From positions 62,001-126,000 of the forward strand of contig JAQGDQ010000400.1 of assembly GCA_030141605.1 (NCBI GenBank): DNA of 64,000 nt, given 5' to 3'. Below, in pieces: positions 27,690 to 40,164 of the stretch. Position numbers and translations under genes: made by a program. Each line of letters opens with the position of its first letter. Position 1 is the first letter of the stretch. The notes below the pieces were generated by a model, which saw nothing but the letters and a program-made list of their open reading frames with translations, was not told the DNA's origin and made no database searches. This stretch comes from Tubiluchus corallicola. Its lineage: Eukaryota > Animalia > Priapulida.

Positions 27690-28232
27690 ATGTACATTAG
27701 TATTAATACATTTTGTATTGGTGCTCATAAATCAGCAATTGAAATCGGCAGATATCATAAGCCGAAAAAAATACCTGTAGAACAGCAAATATGTAAAAAT
27801 TGTTGTTTGAACAAAGTAGAGGATGAATTGCATGTAATTACTGAACGCCCACTCGCTCATGTAAGCGAAGAATCTTTTGGTATCCTTTCTGATTTTTGTC
27901 CTAACTTTCATTATATATCTTCCAATGAGCAGTTCGTGTTTTTAATTGCATCACAAAATGTAGAAGTTGTTAAAATTAATGCTAGATTGGTCCACAAAAT
28001 ATTTGAAGACAGGCCCGACTGAAATAACTCAGTGCAAGCTTGATTAACCGACTAAATACATATGTAATATTAAGTTTACAATATATATATATATGTGTTG
28101 CTCTGTTGTCTGTGTTTTCGGGCTTGAATCTTTATACCTTTTAAATGTGGTTTCTTTGTTTAGATGTATAATGCTTTTTAAGTCGTTTTTCTTTATCTTC
28201 TGTAATTTCTTCCCGTAATGGTTCAATAAATA
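27690..28232 (+). mobile_element. LINE 3' remnant (C-terminal CCHC region)
   Basis: IGAHKSAIEIGRYHKPKKIPVEQQICKNCCLNKVEDELH is typical of non-LTR retroelement ORF2 ends; AATAAA near 28226. Confidence 0.75.
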
Positions 28233-28354
28233 TTATGCATTAGAATGAAAAAAACCCCAACACTTTGGTAACATATAGGCAAATCCAGTTAATAAGTATA
28301 GCCTGTTTAACGGGCATATTTCAGGCCCACCATACTGTACAATAGTCCATAGTA

Positions 28355-29051
28355 CAGTAAGTCTTCGCTTAACGACACCCTGTTTAGCGACGTTTCGTTT
28401 TAACGGCGCTACACATTTGACACCTTTTTTCACTTAACGACACACATTTCGCTTTTATGGCATTTTTTACTTTGCTCAAAGCAAATTTTTATTTGACCAA
28501 AAAATTTTTTACCTAAATTGATGCATTAAAACAGGTCATACTGTGTGTTAATCTCTTCAAAAATGTACTTCTAAAGTAAATAGTGCAATTATTATACATG
28601 TTTTTGCTTCCCAACTGACTACTGATGCTACTACTGTACTACTAGCGGTATGTATCAATTATCAAGTGACCAGGAAGCAAACTTTATGCAAGGAATTTTG
28701 CCTGCAACCTGTTGCTATAGCAACCAGACTAAGTATGCAGGTAAAAATGGCTTGGTTTTGACTCTGCAGTGCTTATTCTTTATCAAAAGAGAAACCGCTA
28801 TAGCTAGGTATTGGTAAGTAAAATATGTAGGTGGTTTCAGGCAAAACAGGAAGATATTAATCAGTAGAAATATGAATAAAACTCGTAGAATGTTAACTAA
28901 TATGACTTAAGCAGCATTGACTTTTGTCTCTGGAATGTATCTCAATTCTTTTACATTAGTTCCTATGGAGGTCTTGGATTTGTTTAACGACGTTTCGCTT
29001 AGCGTTGCATTTTGCTGGAACGCATTAATGTCGTTAAGCAAGGACTAACTG
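28355..29051. mobile_element. pogo/Tigger-like MITE
   Basis: TA|CAGTAAGTCTTCGCTTAACGAC ... GTCGTTAAGCAAGGACTAACTG|TA. Confidence 0.8.
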
Positions 29052-29241
29052 TACCGCTTATGATGAAAACTGTGGCGTGTAATAGCTTTCAAAGATAAAT
29101 GTGACAACAACAACAAGACTACGCTTTAGGGATTGGGCACTTTGAGCCGGATTCAAAGATTGAGAAACACAAAACAGAAAGATGTCCAACATCTCTCTAG
29201 AATGACCACCCCGAAATATTAAAAATCACCACTAAACTCAC

Positions 29242-29430
29242 GATTTCATATGTTGATTCGGGTTTCAAGACTTTTCTCTGTCGAGGTTTCTTCTGATGAT
29301 ACTCTCTTTTCATGTCACGAAGTCGTTTCATCTCACCATAGTGCTGCCTTCTCTCAGTGCTAGTATGAAACTCTTGTTGTTTCTCTAGTAACCCGTGATC
29401 TGTCAGTAACTGTTTGAACTGTTTCTTCAA
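29242..29430 (-). CDS. DHX34: DHX34 coding exon 12
   Basis: LKKQFKQLLTDHGLL...RQRKVLKPESTYEI; tttctacag acceptor, GTGAGT donor. Confidence 0.9.
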
Positions 29431-29795
29431 CTGTAGAAAAAAAAACTATCATGGTCAATAGCTGTTTGAACTGTTTCTCCAACTGCAGAACAATAAAAAA
29501 CTATGTTAAATACAGATGTTACTTGTTTGGAAATTATTTTGTTCCTTCAGTAACTTATCAAATACGTTTGGCTATGATAAATAACATTGATGGTTATATT
29601 TCCTCCGGGCTGGACAACGCCTTAACTAAGTGCTGTTAGAACTAGTAACTGTTTTTAATATTAAACCTTAGGTACAGCAATATATATATATACAATCCTC
29701 ATAACAAGGACAGATGGCAGCACCTCACCTTTTTGTCACAATAGTTTTGAAAATCAAAAAATCAAAAACTTTTCTTTTACCAACACTTAACGTAC

Positions 29796-29970
29796 TTTGG
29801 AAATTTCATAAAAGCGTTGCTCCTCTAAGCCCCTCCGCTTGCACCACTTGCGACTAGACTCTCTTCTGTCGGCTTTTATGCTCAGCCATTCATTATAGCA
29901 GTTGAGAAGTGTAAATGGATCACCATGAGTTGACTCTAAGTTCTTGCGAGCTGACACACAATCTGGATCT
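29796..29970 (-). CDS. DHX34: DHX34 coding exon 11
   Basis: DPDCVSARKNLESTHGDPFTLLNCYNEWL...KWCKRRGLEEQRFYEISK. Confidence 0.92.
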
Positions 29971-30305
29971 CTATAATGTAGGAATCACAGTGTCAGTATA
30001 AACTCTATTTGCAAGAGATAACTATGGTTGCCGTGTTAAGGACATGCGTGTAGCTGTGCTTTTGTTTAGCTTAGCATTTTCTATAAAAATGTATGACTGT
30101 TTACTAGTTTCTTACATCACAATGCTACGTAATTATTCAAAAAGAATGCCAAAAGGAAATGTGTCATCTTCGAACAGCTACAGTCAGCAAAATACATGAC
30201 ATTTGCTCACATCTAATTATACTGCAAACTTTGGAGCATTTCAACGCTCTTTGTAAATTATCACAAGCAATAATGATCTGATTAAGAATTTTTCTTTTTG
30301 GTCAA

Positions 30306-30443
<138 letters not shown>

Positions 30444-31295
30444 CCCCTCCCAGGATAGAGACGAGAGGGTTTTCAGAAAAACAAATATTTTATTTGACAA
30501 AATACAAATTCAAAAACACCGCCATTGAAACTACCATATAACTTATTATTACTTATAATTATTGTTTTATAGGGTTGATCTGAGAAATGACGTGAAACCT
30601 CAATAACTAGTTTACCGAAAGTCCAAACATTTCCACCCTGTATCAAGTACAGGGTAACTTGTCTCAGAATAAGTAAGTAACATTTAAAAAAAACTTACAC
30701 AAAAAATTAAAGCTGGTAATTCAATCAAGTAAATAAAGACAGAACACTTTCCTAAAAAGCAACCGCACTACAATAAAAACCATATGTACAATTCGAATGG
30801 GAGGCGATTTTAAGGTGAAATTTTTAGTGTCGACCTATACTTACGATATGTTTTTGGGAGATGTCGCTAAAGAGTCGTCTACAATACAAATATGTAAAGA
30901 AATAATCCTTCATTATATGCTGGACTGAATGAACACTCATACTGTGATACTTCACATCAGAGAATATTCGCATCTTGACATTACTTCACAAAATTAACAA
31001 ATATTACTGTAATTTTTAGTATTAATTTTAGTAGATTATTTGTTTCCTTCAAATGGGAAGGTGATGAACCACAATATTTAATTGCATTTTACACACTAAC
31101 ACAGTAGGCTATTTATTTATTACTTGGCCATTGTTGACAACATTTACTCTGGAAGATCTTAATATTTTATGGTCGACTAGTACACAGGTAATATATAAAA
31201 TGATGCAATTTTTGGTCTTAAAATGCAGATTGACTTGTACATAAGGTCGACTTGTACACACGTACATACGGTAAGTCTGGGTCTCACAAACTAAC

Positions 31296-31437
31296 CTGTA
31301 TGCATAGCTAGTGAATGGTGACTGTATGTTTAATGCTGCAGCCAATGTGCTCACTGGTTCGAGCATCTCAAAAATGCAACCCATAATCAGCATCTTGCCC
31401 AGAACAACCTCCAGAGGCAATTTAGCCAGAGTTTCAC
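31296..31437 (-). CDS. DHX34: DHX34 coding exon 10 (HA2)
   Basis: GETLAKLPLEVVLGKMLIMG...AAALNIQSPFTSYAYR. Confidence 0.92.
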
Positions 31438-31519
31438 CTAAAAAAACGAAATTTGGTTAGCGGTCGATATTCGTTCACACAGAATTTATTTCAAACATAA
31501 TCAAGTTTCAACTTCTTAC

Positions 31520-31655
31520 CCAAGGGAGCTAGCTTCTCCTCCGCATCGAGAGCGCCATGTTCTTTTAAACTCTGCACAGCATATTCAATACTTTCCGCAG
31601 ATGGTGCTTCAATAAATGGAAATTCTCTCACATCAGGAAGACCCATTGATATCAT
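31520..31655 (-). CDS. DHX34: DHX34 coding exon 9
   Basis: MISMGLPDVREFPFIEAPSAESIEYAVQSLKEHGALDAEEKLAPL. Confidence 0.92.
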
Positions 31656-32560
31656 CTGCAGTAATAAGATGTTCAGTTAATAAAGAAATGAACAACTAAG
31701 TCAGTAGATTTCTCCAAACAGCTAGCCATCCAACTATGAATAAGTACTGTCTACATCTTTACCTACCTATCTACTGAACAATATAAAAAAAAAAGTCGCA
31801 ACTGCCGTTGCAAAAACGCTTTCCACATAATGTCATTAACAAAATAAATGAGGACAACCATGGCACAAAATGCCTTCTAAGGACCACGATGCAAAAGCGC
31901 CTACATCTTTGACACTGCTTTATAGATAACATTAGAATTTTCAGTAAGTAAACAGCGAAAATCAAAAAGCCAAACTATGCCCTAAGCTGCAAAATATGCT
32001 TTATTAAGGCCAGTGTGAACCTGACTCAATAAATTTTAATTTTGTAGCCAAGGTGGCTCCATCTAGCTGGAAAGTTTAAAGTGTGGGCATTGACCTAGTT
32101 ATGTTTTCCTTATGCTGTTCTGTAGTATATGTGAACATGTGTCTTGTGCAAGCTAGCGAAATATTTCATTAGATATATGCTGCAACGATGTAAGTTTACT
32201 TCTATTAATTTTTATTTTGATTTATTCATTGATATTTTTGAATGGACTAAATAACTGTCAATCTAACTAAATTATGCAACTTTTCATAAAATTAGCCAAT
32301 GTCAGTCACTTTTTCTTTTCTATTTTAATTTTTGAATATTGCAGAAATAAAGATGAGTGGTTTACACGAAAGTCAACTGAGACATTTGAAGATTTGTCAT
32401 AAATGCCTCTCAGAGACACTAATACGCTTCATGAGTTATTATAAGACAATTAACATCATTTTACTAACATGCAAACTAGTGATACTTAAAACTTTTGCTA
32501 TATAAAAAAACGAGAATCATCTCAAAGTACATGTTTGATCATGTTATATTTACAGTAGGC

Positions 32561-32561
32561 T

Positions 32562-32604
<43 letters not shown>

Positions 32605-32862
32605 GTAATAGTAATAGTAATAGTAATAGTAATAGTAATAGTAATAGTAATAGTAATAGTAATAGTAATAGTAATAGTAATAGTAATAGTAATAGTAATA
32701 GTAATAGTAATAGTAATAGTAATAGTAATAGTAATAGTAATAGTAATAGTAATAGTAATAGTAATAGTAATAGTAATAGTAATAGTAATAGTAATAGTAA
32801 TAGTAATAGTAATAGTAATAGTAATAGTAATAGTAATAGTATAAATAATAATAATAATAATC
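32561..32862. repeat. (TAA)n/(TAATAG)n microsatellite, about 300 bp, expanded SINE tail
   Basis: Pure hexamer array flanked by (AAT)n; abuts the SINE 3' end. Confidence 0.97.
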
Positions 32863-33115
32863 TTTATATAAAGTCGGCGTTTGGGTCAACAAGTAATATT
32901 AGCTCAAAGAGCTATTATCGCCGACTGTAAATAACAACTTACAAGTACATTACAGAGACTATTATTATCCTACTTTTACCCTAAATACCACGCGCCAGGC
33001 AGAGCAACAGCAGGTACCATTTTTAAAGTGTTTGGTATTACCTGGCCGCTGGTTCGAACTCACGACCTCCCAGATGGAAAGCAGACGCATTACCACTAGA
33101 CTAAACCGTCTGGTC
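32863..33115 (-). mobile_element. tRNA-derived SINE (MetaSINE-like core)
   Basis: Minus strand: A box TAGTCTAGTGG, B box GAGTTCGAACC, then ATACCAAACACTTTAAAAATGGTACCTGCTG...CTGCCTGGCGC, which resembles the Meta domain as recalled; (TTA)n tail. Confidence 0.8.
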
Positions 33116-33278
33116 AACATCAATAGTCCCTTAGAATTAAATGTTTTTCAATTTTATTTTACAATAATTAATTTTTGGACATTTCTGAGCACCCACAGGC
33201 AAGTATCACACTACACTTATTTATTACAATTATGCAATGCAGTGACATGCTTTGTTAAAGTAAAAACACTTCTTTTAC

Positions 33279-33394
33279 CTGTAAAATGAGCGAATCCAGA
33301 GGCACCTGGTGTATTTCTGGAGTAGTATACTCAGTAAAGGAATCATAAGTCTTCTCATCGTACAGACGGTAACAGACACCTGGGCCGGTCCTGC
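33279..33394 (-). CDS. DHX34: DHX34 coding exon 8
   Basis: [39 protein letters not shown]. Confidence 0.95.
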
Positions 33395-34207
33395 CTAAAT
33401 TTAAACACATATTTTACAAAAAAAATGTGTCAACTGATTATATGTGCATTAGTTAAATTAATGACTTGTACAAGTGAGTTTATATGTACACCTCTTATCT
33501 AAATGATTATCTTTGTTATATATCTCTGAATTTACGTTTTAGAACTTTTTAGATTATAACTTATAGTGATCTATAAAGGAGAACAAACATGTTTTCAAAT
33601 CTGACATCAGTTACGAGAAAAATTTGTTATAAATAATATTGTGAAACTCTTCGTAAAAGATATTTGGCACAGTTTCGCAGTCGAAAACATCCAGATGGTC
33701 AACTTTCCAAGTGGTCACTCATCCATTTACTGATCAGTCTCAGTGTTGCCTAACTTCCATTGCTAAGAACATATCATGCCTACATATCTCTTCTCCTTGA
33801 CCCCCTTGAAGAACTTGCAAATTTTTTTTTGTGGAAAGTTCACTTCATAATGTCCCAATTCGATAAAAATAAAGTTTCAAGACCAATGTATTGGTTTTTC
33901 TTGCTTTGAACTTTATTTAAAATACAGTAAACTCTGCATAATTTGGTTCTGTGTAATTTGTAATATGGTACATCTCAGACTGATTCAGTAGAACAAATTT
34001 GTTTCTATATATCTTAATGATTAAACCAATCGCAAAACTCATGCTCGGGCTTCCACTGTCAGTTTTAGTAGGCTCTGATAGACCATCTTTTGCAATAAAT
34101 GCAAACGGTATGTATATGCACACATGCAAGTGTGAAAATCTTTACATTAACCTTAACCTTGCATATCGGATTTGACTGCTGAGTTTTTACTTATGATAAC
34201 TGGGCAG

Positions 34208-34208
<1 letters not shown>

Positions 34209-34243
<35 letters not shown>

Positions 34244-35075
34244 ATCTTTATTTGCCATTAAAAACATTGATAATCACTGATAAAAACTTCACAGAGATGA
34301 TCAATCAGTGTTAGTTAATAAAAACTTACACTGCTGAAGGCAAATGCGTCAGTGCAATCTAAACTACTGTGCAGTAATGACGAATAAAATCAAACATATT
34401 TACAACCATACACAAAAAAATAAAAAAAAAACTATGATTTAATTAATATGGCCGTGGGTATATGAATTCTGAATTAGTGTGTATGTTGTCGTACTGGTGT
34501 GATGGTATTTCATATCTGGTTAATATTAGTGATTTTAATTTTGTTTTAAATGCTGATAGGGACTTGATTTGTTTAACCTGTAATGGTAGAGAATTCCAAA
34601 GTAAAATTGCTTGTTTGATTACAGAGTTCGTTCCATAGTGGGTATTTGTCCTAATTTGTTTTAGATAGCTAGTTCTGGAATTAACGATAGGATTTGGAAA
34701 AAAGGTAAATCTGTTATTCTGGAATGGTTTGCTGATGTTGTTAATGTATTTAAATATAAAAAGCAGAGTAAAATATTCTTTGTGTGCTTCAATGATTGGG
34801 AATTTTAAAGTTTTTCTCAGGTTAGTTGTTGAAGCTTTGAATTTTTGTCTACCTGCCTTATGTTTGTATGAGTACCCAGCTATCAATCTCAACGCATAGT
34901 TTTGAAGGAGATTTAATTTTAAGTAATTTTCTCTTTTGGTTTTTTGAAGTAGCGTACATCCATATAAGAAGTGTGGTAGAACTAAAGTTTTATATATTAG
35001 TGTTTTAGTTTCCTTTGTTAGTTGCCCTTTAACTTGTCGGAGATATGATGTGCTTGATGCCATTTTTGTGTATAT
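34209..35075 (-). mobile_element. 5'-truncated LINE (CR1/L2 group) with open 206-aa post-RT ORF and (TA)n tail
   Basis: IYKTLVLPHFLYG...LQNYALRLI...LWNSLP...SLSAFKTKLK motifs; 3' UTR, AATAAA, (TA)n. Confidence 0.88.
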
Positions 35076-35461
35076 CTTGAACGATGCAGTGGGTGTGTAA
35101 CTGGCATTAGAGTTGGGTATTTTCTAAATAGATTATTCAAAGTCAGTCAACAATTAAAGATTTAAAAACAAACTAAGTAACATTCTGCCATGAAACACTC
35201 TCCCCAATGAATAACTGCATATAAGCACACAGTGCATACACCGAGAAGTGAACGCACAAATTTGCATCTTCGCCGAACTCGGATTATTGCGCAACTAGCA
35301 CAGTTTTTTTTACCCCTAGCCATCCGAATTACACAGAGTCTACTGTATTTACATTAGTAAAAAATGACAACATAATAACTGGTTCCCTGTAGGCTGCAAA
35401 CTAACTTTAATAAATTAAAGTGAATTTGATCAAACAGCAAAGAAGAGTTATTTGAACTCTA

Positions 35462-35752
<291 letters not shown>

Positions 35753-36038
35753 TTAAAATTAGCTTTGAAATGTAACAATAATTTTAAACTGGTCAAACAT
35801 ATAACAAGTAATGCTGGCATAAAAAAATTACAAAGACGACAAAGTAACTAAGTCGAAACAAGTTTAATGCACTTTTTATATCCACTTATTAGCAATAATA
35901 GCATTTGACAGGAGATATCTACCTACAGGTTAATCTGAACTTTCCGTCCATCACTATAGTTCTTTTGCGCTATCTGTATCGGAGTGATTGTCTATCTGTG
36001 CATCTAAACTTAGCACAATTCAGATAAGTAAGTAAGTA

Positions 36039-36394
36039 CAGTGTTCCCTCGCTACTTCACGGTTCGTTTATCGCGGACTCGCTGTTTCGCAGGTTTTCAA
36101 AAATATTAATGTAAAATATTTATCGCGGTATTTTCACTGTTTCGCGGGTTTTTGCGGTACTCCGTCTAAACTATTTTTGCACATGCGTAGTACGTATTGT
36201 ACAGTAATGTATAGATTTGACGAATTTTGTATAAACAATGGGAAAGGGGTATGTATAAGAGTGTGTGGAGGGTTTATAAAGACTTAAAATAATGTATAAC
36301 TACTAAAATAAGTATAGCGTCCCTATTTTGCGGAAATTCACTTATCGCGGGTGGGGCCTGGAACGGAACACCCGCGATAAGCGAAGGAACACTG
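36039..36394. mobile_element. pogo/Tigger-like MITE
   Basis: TA|CAGTGTTCCCTCGCTA ... GCGAAGGAACACTG|TA; TCGCGG subterminal repeats. Confidence 0.88.
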
Positions 36395-36579
36395 TAAATA
36401 TCTTCATTTATCACCTATTCACAGGAAGAAATACAACGATGCAATGTAATATAATATAATACGATGCAATGTAAGAAAATGATTATGATGATTAATTTAT
36501 CTGAGTTAATGATATTAAACTGATTGGTGAAAAGGTGGCAAAGAACTAAAAGTTATCAAAGTCAACCACCCTGTAAGTA

Positions 36580-37029
36580 CAGTCATGGCCAAAAGTTTAA
36601 GCCCACCTGTGATTACGACGTGAATTTTGAGCTTTTTTGGTATTCAATACCATATATTTTGCCTCATGGTTGACCGATTCGTACACACGATGGTTCATTA
36701 GGAAGGTAATTGAAAATTGCAAATAAATGTTTGTGTGACATCCAACATAATCAGACGACTGGGGAGGCAGCTACTGCCGAGAGCGCGTCTAAGACAATTC
36801 CAGCAACTGTACCAGATGACGTCATCAATGCGGTGACGTCATCATCTCGTAAGTCCCGCGCATGCGCAACACAAACATTTATTTGCAATTTCCAATTACC
36901 TTCCTAATGAGTATATGAATCGTGTGTACGAATCGGTCCACCATGAGGGAAATATATGGTACTGAATACCAAACAAGCTCAAAATTCACGTCGTAATCAC
37001 GGGTGGGCTTAAACTTTTGGCCACGCCTG
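36580..37029. mobile_element. Tc1-type foldback MITE, almost wholly palindromic
   Basis: TA|CAGTCATGGCCAAAAGTTT ... AAACTTTTGGCCACGCCTG; arms of about 160 bp highly complementary. Confidence 0.9.
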
Positions 37030-37515
37030 CAATGTTGCTATTAGTAATTAATTACGTGCGCAATTATCAAGATGAAATTCTCAGAATTAGGTGTGATAAA
37101 AGTTTACATATGGAGCATTACAAAGTTGCTTAAGTAAATATAGGAATGGTGAGTGAACTAAGATAGAACTATTGAAATTTACGTTTAATGTTTAACATAC
37201 ATAACAAGGACATAAAGACATAATAAATACATATAATGTTGACATGGTAAAACAGATGAGGATATAACCACTGGCGGTTTGAAACTGACTAATACAGCAG
37301 GCTAACCAGGATTTAGATTTTAGCATCATGAAAAATTTCTTGCAAAGCTTTTTAGGACTCCTTCAACAACTTATGTCGTTCTCAGTTGTATACAAGTACG
37401 CATTTCATATTAACTTTCATAAGCATTTAGTTTACACTGGTAAATCATGCACCTGACTTACAATACTCGATAACTCTGTAATACTTGAACTATCTACCAT
37501 AAACGAGAAGCTCAC

Positions 37516-37665
37516 CAATGTCGAAAACTTTGTCCTGCTCATCCACAGACAGGGCTCCATGTAGTGGTAACACAATCCACTTGCCCGATTCCTGAGCATG
37601 TTGCCTAGCAGCATCAACCACTGCCTCAATTTCCGACATCCCAGACATGAAGACTAACACATCAC
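37516..37665 (-). CDS. DHX34: DHX34 coding exon 6 (motif IV)
   Basis: [16 protein letters not shown]...[21 protein letters not shown]. Confidence 0.95.
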
Positions 37666-38607
37666 CTATCAGATGTTAAGATGTTTAAAAGTTGAATACA
37701 AGAAAAACTCGGTTGTCAAGAATGTCATACTAGGTTTTCAAAGTAATGAAAGCATGCATTATGTCCAGCAAACTGGTGACCATTTGAAAGCATGTAATTG
37801 TCCTGCAAACTGGTGAAAGTTGAAAAGTTCTTTAAAATTCATTAAGAAAATGTTTGCTAAAAATGTTTATTTTGAATGGATTATCATTAAACCATCATCA
37901 CTAAGCGAGGACTTAACATGATAAAGTTGGATATTGTTATTTTTGTTGAAATCGTGGAAAAAATTCTCAAACACTCTTATAATGACTTGTTTACTGTTGT
38001 GTTTTGTTTCTCTCAAAAGGCTCGTAGAGAAAACCAGAAAACAGGTCGTCAAATTAAACTAGTTTATTATGCGAGAATTCTACAACACAAAAGTATGAAG
38101 GAATGCGAAATGTATACAGTAAATGTAATAATCTGAGAATACCAGGATACAAGAGAATGTGAGAGAATAAACTTCAGCGGCCAGCTCCACCTTATATATC
38201 AGTGCCAGCGAACAATCTAGAAATAGAAAGTTCTAGAAACTTCTACAAGGTAAGAAGATTGTTCAACTATACTATAGAACATTCTACAATGTTCTATTTA
38301 GTTCTAGTGGATCTCCACAACATTTACTTTATCCAAAAAAAGGCTAAATTTGAATGAATCATGATAGTTGTAAGTGTTATCATAATTCTGTTAAGATGTA
38401 TAGTGAAGTAGCTCTTTCCACTGATATATCCATTTCAAATGTCTGTCAAGTAAATTACAATAATCAAAAAAGCTGTAATTCTCGTTTCATTTACGTTAAC
38501 AAAGACCAATTTTATTTTTGCAGTTACATAAATATCTCGGTGGAATCATGCAGTTAGTCATCGCCATAGCAACAGTATAGTTAACTCTTCTACTGTTGGA
38601 TGCATAC

Positions 38608-38710
38608 CTCTTTCAGTTTCTGCATATTTCTTTTCAATCATTGTCATTACACGTAGATATGGTGAAGGATCCAATCTTTCAGACTTGCTACGTTGTTCAT
38701 GTTGATTGAT
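38608..38710 (-). CDS. DHX34: DHX34 coding exon 5
   Basis: INQHEQRSKSERLDPSPYLRVMTMIEKKYAETER; phases 0 and 1 fit neighbours. Confidence 0.9.
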
Positions 38711-38784
38711 CTACACAAGGACAAGCAAACAATGCTTAATACTTAACTTTTTATGCTTTTTTCATTTAAATAATTTTTTAAACG

Positions 38785-39072
38785 TGCTTTTTGTTGAAGG
38801 AGGATGTATGTGTATCTGAATGTGGATTCTTTTGTTGACAGAGGATGTACATGCACCTGAACATGGCTTCATTTGTTGAGGAAGGATCTGCATGTATCCA
38901 AACATGGCTTCTTTTCTTGAGCGAGAGGATGCACATGTATCTGAATATGGCTTCTGCAGTTGAGGGGGACATATATGCATCTGAGCATGGCTTCTTTTGT
39001 TGACAGGGGATGTACATGCAATTGAACATGACTTCTTTTGTTGAAAGAGGATGTATGTACATGCATCTGAGC
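38785..39072. repeat. Degenerate minisatellite, about 41 bp x 7
   Basis: ttttgttga...ggatgtacatg...ctgaa(c/t)atggcttc units. Confidence 0.75.
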
Positions 39073-39276
39073 GTCAGAATGTGGCTAAGACACCTTTCTC
39101 TGTCCAGTATCTTACCCTCGCTAATTAGATAGGTCCCGGTCATGCCACAACCATCAACATTTAGTAGATATTTTTTTCAGTGCTGCCAAACTCCAAATAA
39201 GATTGACATGGCAACATAACGCACATTATGGAGACTGTTTCTTACTATGAAGACTGTGTCAAGAAACTGCAATAAC

Positions 39277-39424
39277 GGAAGTGAATGAGCTAGCGAACAG
39301 GAAGTGAATGAGCTGGCGAACAGGAAGTGAATGAGCTAGCGAACAGGAAGTGAATGAACTAGCGAACAGGAAGTGAATGAGCTAGTGAACAGGAAGTGAA
39401 TGAGCTAGCGAACAGGAAGTGAAG
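39277..39424. repeat. 23-bp tandem repeat x about 6.5 carrying GGAAGTG
   Basis: caggaagtgaatgagctagcgaa units. Confidence 0.95.
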
Positions 39425-39525
39425 TATAGCGGAGTATTTACCTGTCCATTTCACGTATACGCTAGAAGAACTGCACTCGTGATATTCAAAACTCCACCCA
39501 TATTTACTATTCCCATCCACTACCT

Positions 39526-39891
39526 ACACTGTATCTCGACACTAGGCGAAGGAGCTGCACAAGCAGCCAACGGCTAGAGGGTGGAGGAGGCCAAGTGACC
39601 CAACGGCCATGTGTAGAGGAGTAAACCTTCCAAATCAGGACTGGAGCCCCGAACGCGGACCAGTGCAGCATGCAGCTCCTGCAGCCAACCTGGTGCCAAA
39701 CATATCACTCCAGCTTTCCTTTGGACTACACCAGCGAGGAAGAGAAGGGGTTCCTGTTGTCTGGGCAACTCAGGATCTCCATACACCTTGCTCAGGCGTG
39801 CGCCCTGGAGAAGTTCAAGGATCGGACTGCTCAGCCACAGTCGACGCTGCAGCTCCACCAATGTGATCAATAACTGACTCTCTTGGCGCAC
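39526..39891 (+). mobile_element. Headless (5'-truncated) copy of the 5S-SINE body
   Basis: Colinear and highly similar to 53470-53860. Confidence 0.85.
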
Positions 39892-40050
39892 ATTCTATTG
39901 TCTTCCGAGACAGAAGGATGCTAACCATATTTAATAATAATTACACACTAAACATATATCATACTGTAATCAACCACAAACAAATGTTGTTCAACTAGCT
40001 ACACTATAATATCACAGTTAATTTCACTTTTCTTTTCAACTGAACCTTAC

Positions 40051-40164
40051 CGGCATATAGTGCAGCTTTATTGGGTAAAGCCGTCCGGGTACTTTTACCA
40101 CAGGAGCATCACAGAAGTACTTTGAGAACAAGTCGATGTTGATTGTAGCTGACATTAAAACTAC
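40051..40164 (-). CDS. DHX34: DHX34 coding exon 4 (motif III SAT)
   Basis: [38 protein letters not shown]. Confidence 0.95.

Noticed and set aside
32539-32892. Poly-tyrosine ORF
   Set aside because: Translation of the (TAT/TAC) microsatellite at the SINE tail.
39574-39891. ORFs in the GC-rich repeat (also 53614-53860)
   Set aside because: The two copies differ by several indels and their ORFs start and stop differently; no coherent protein.
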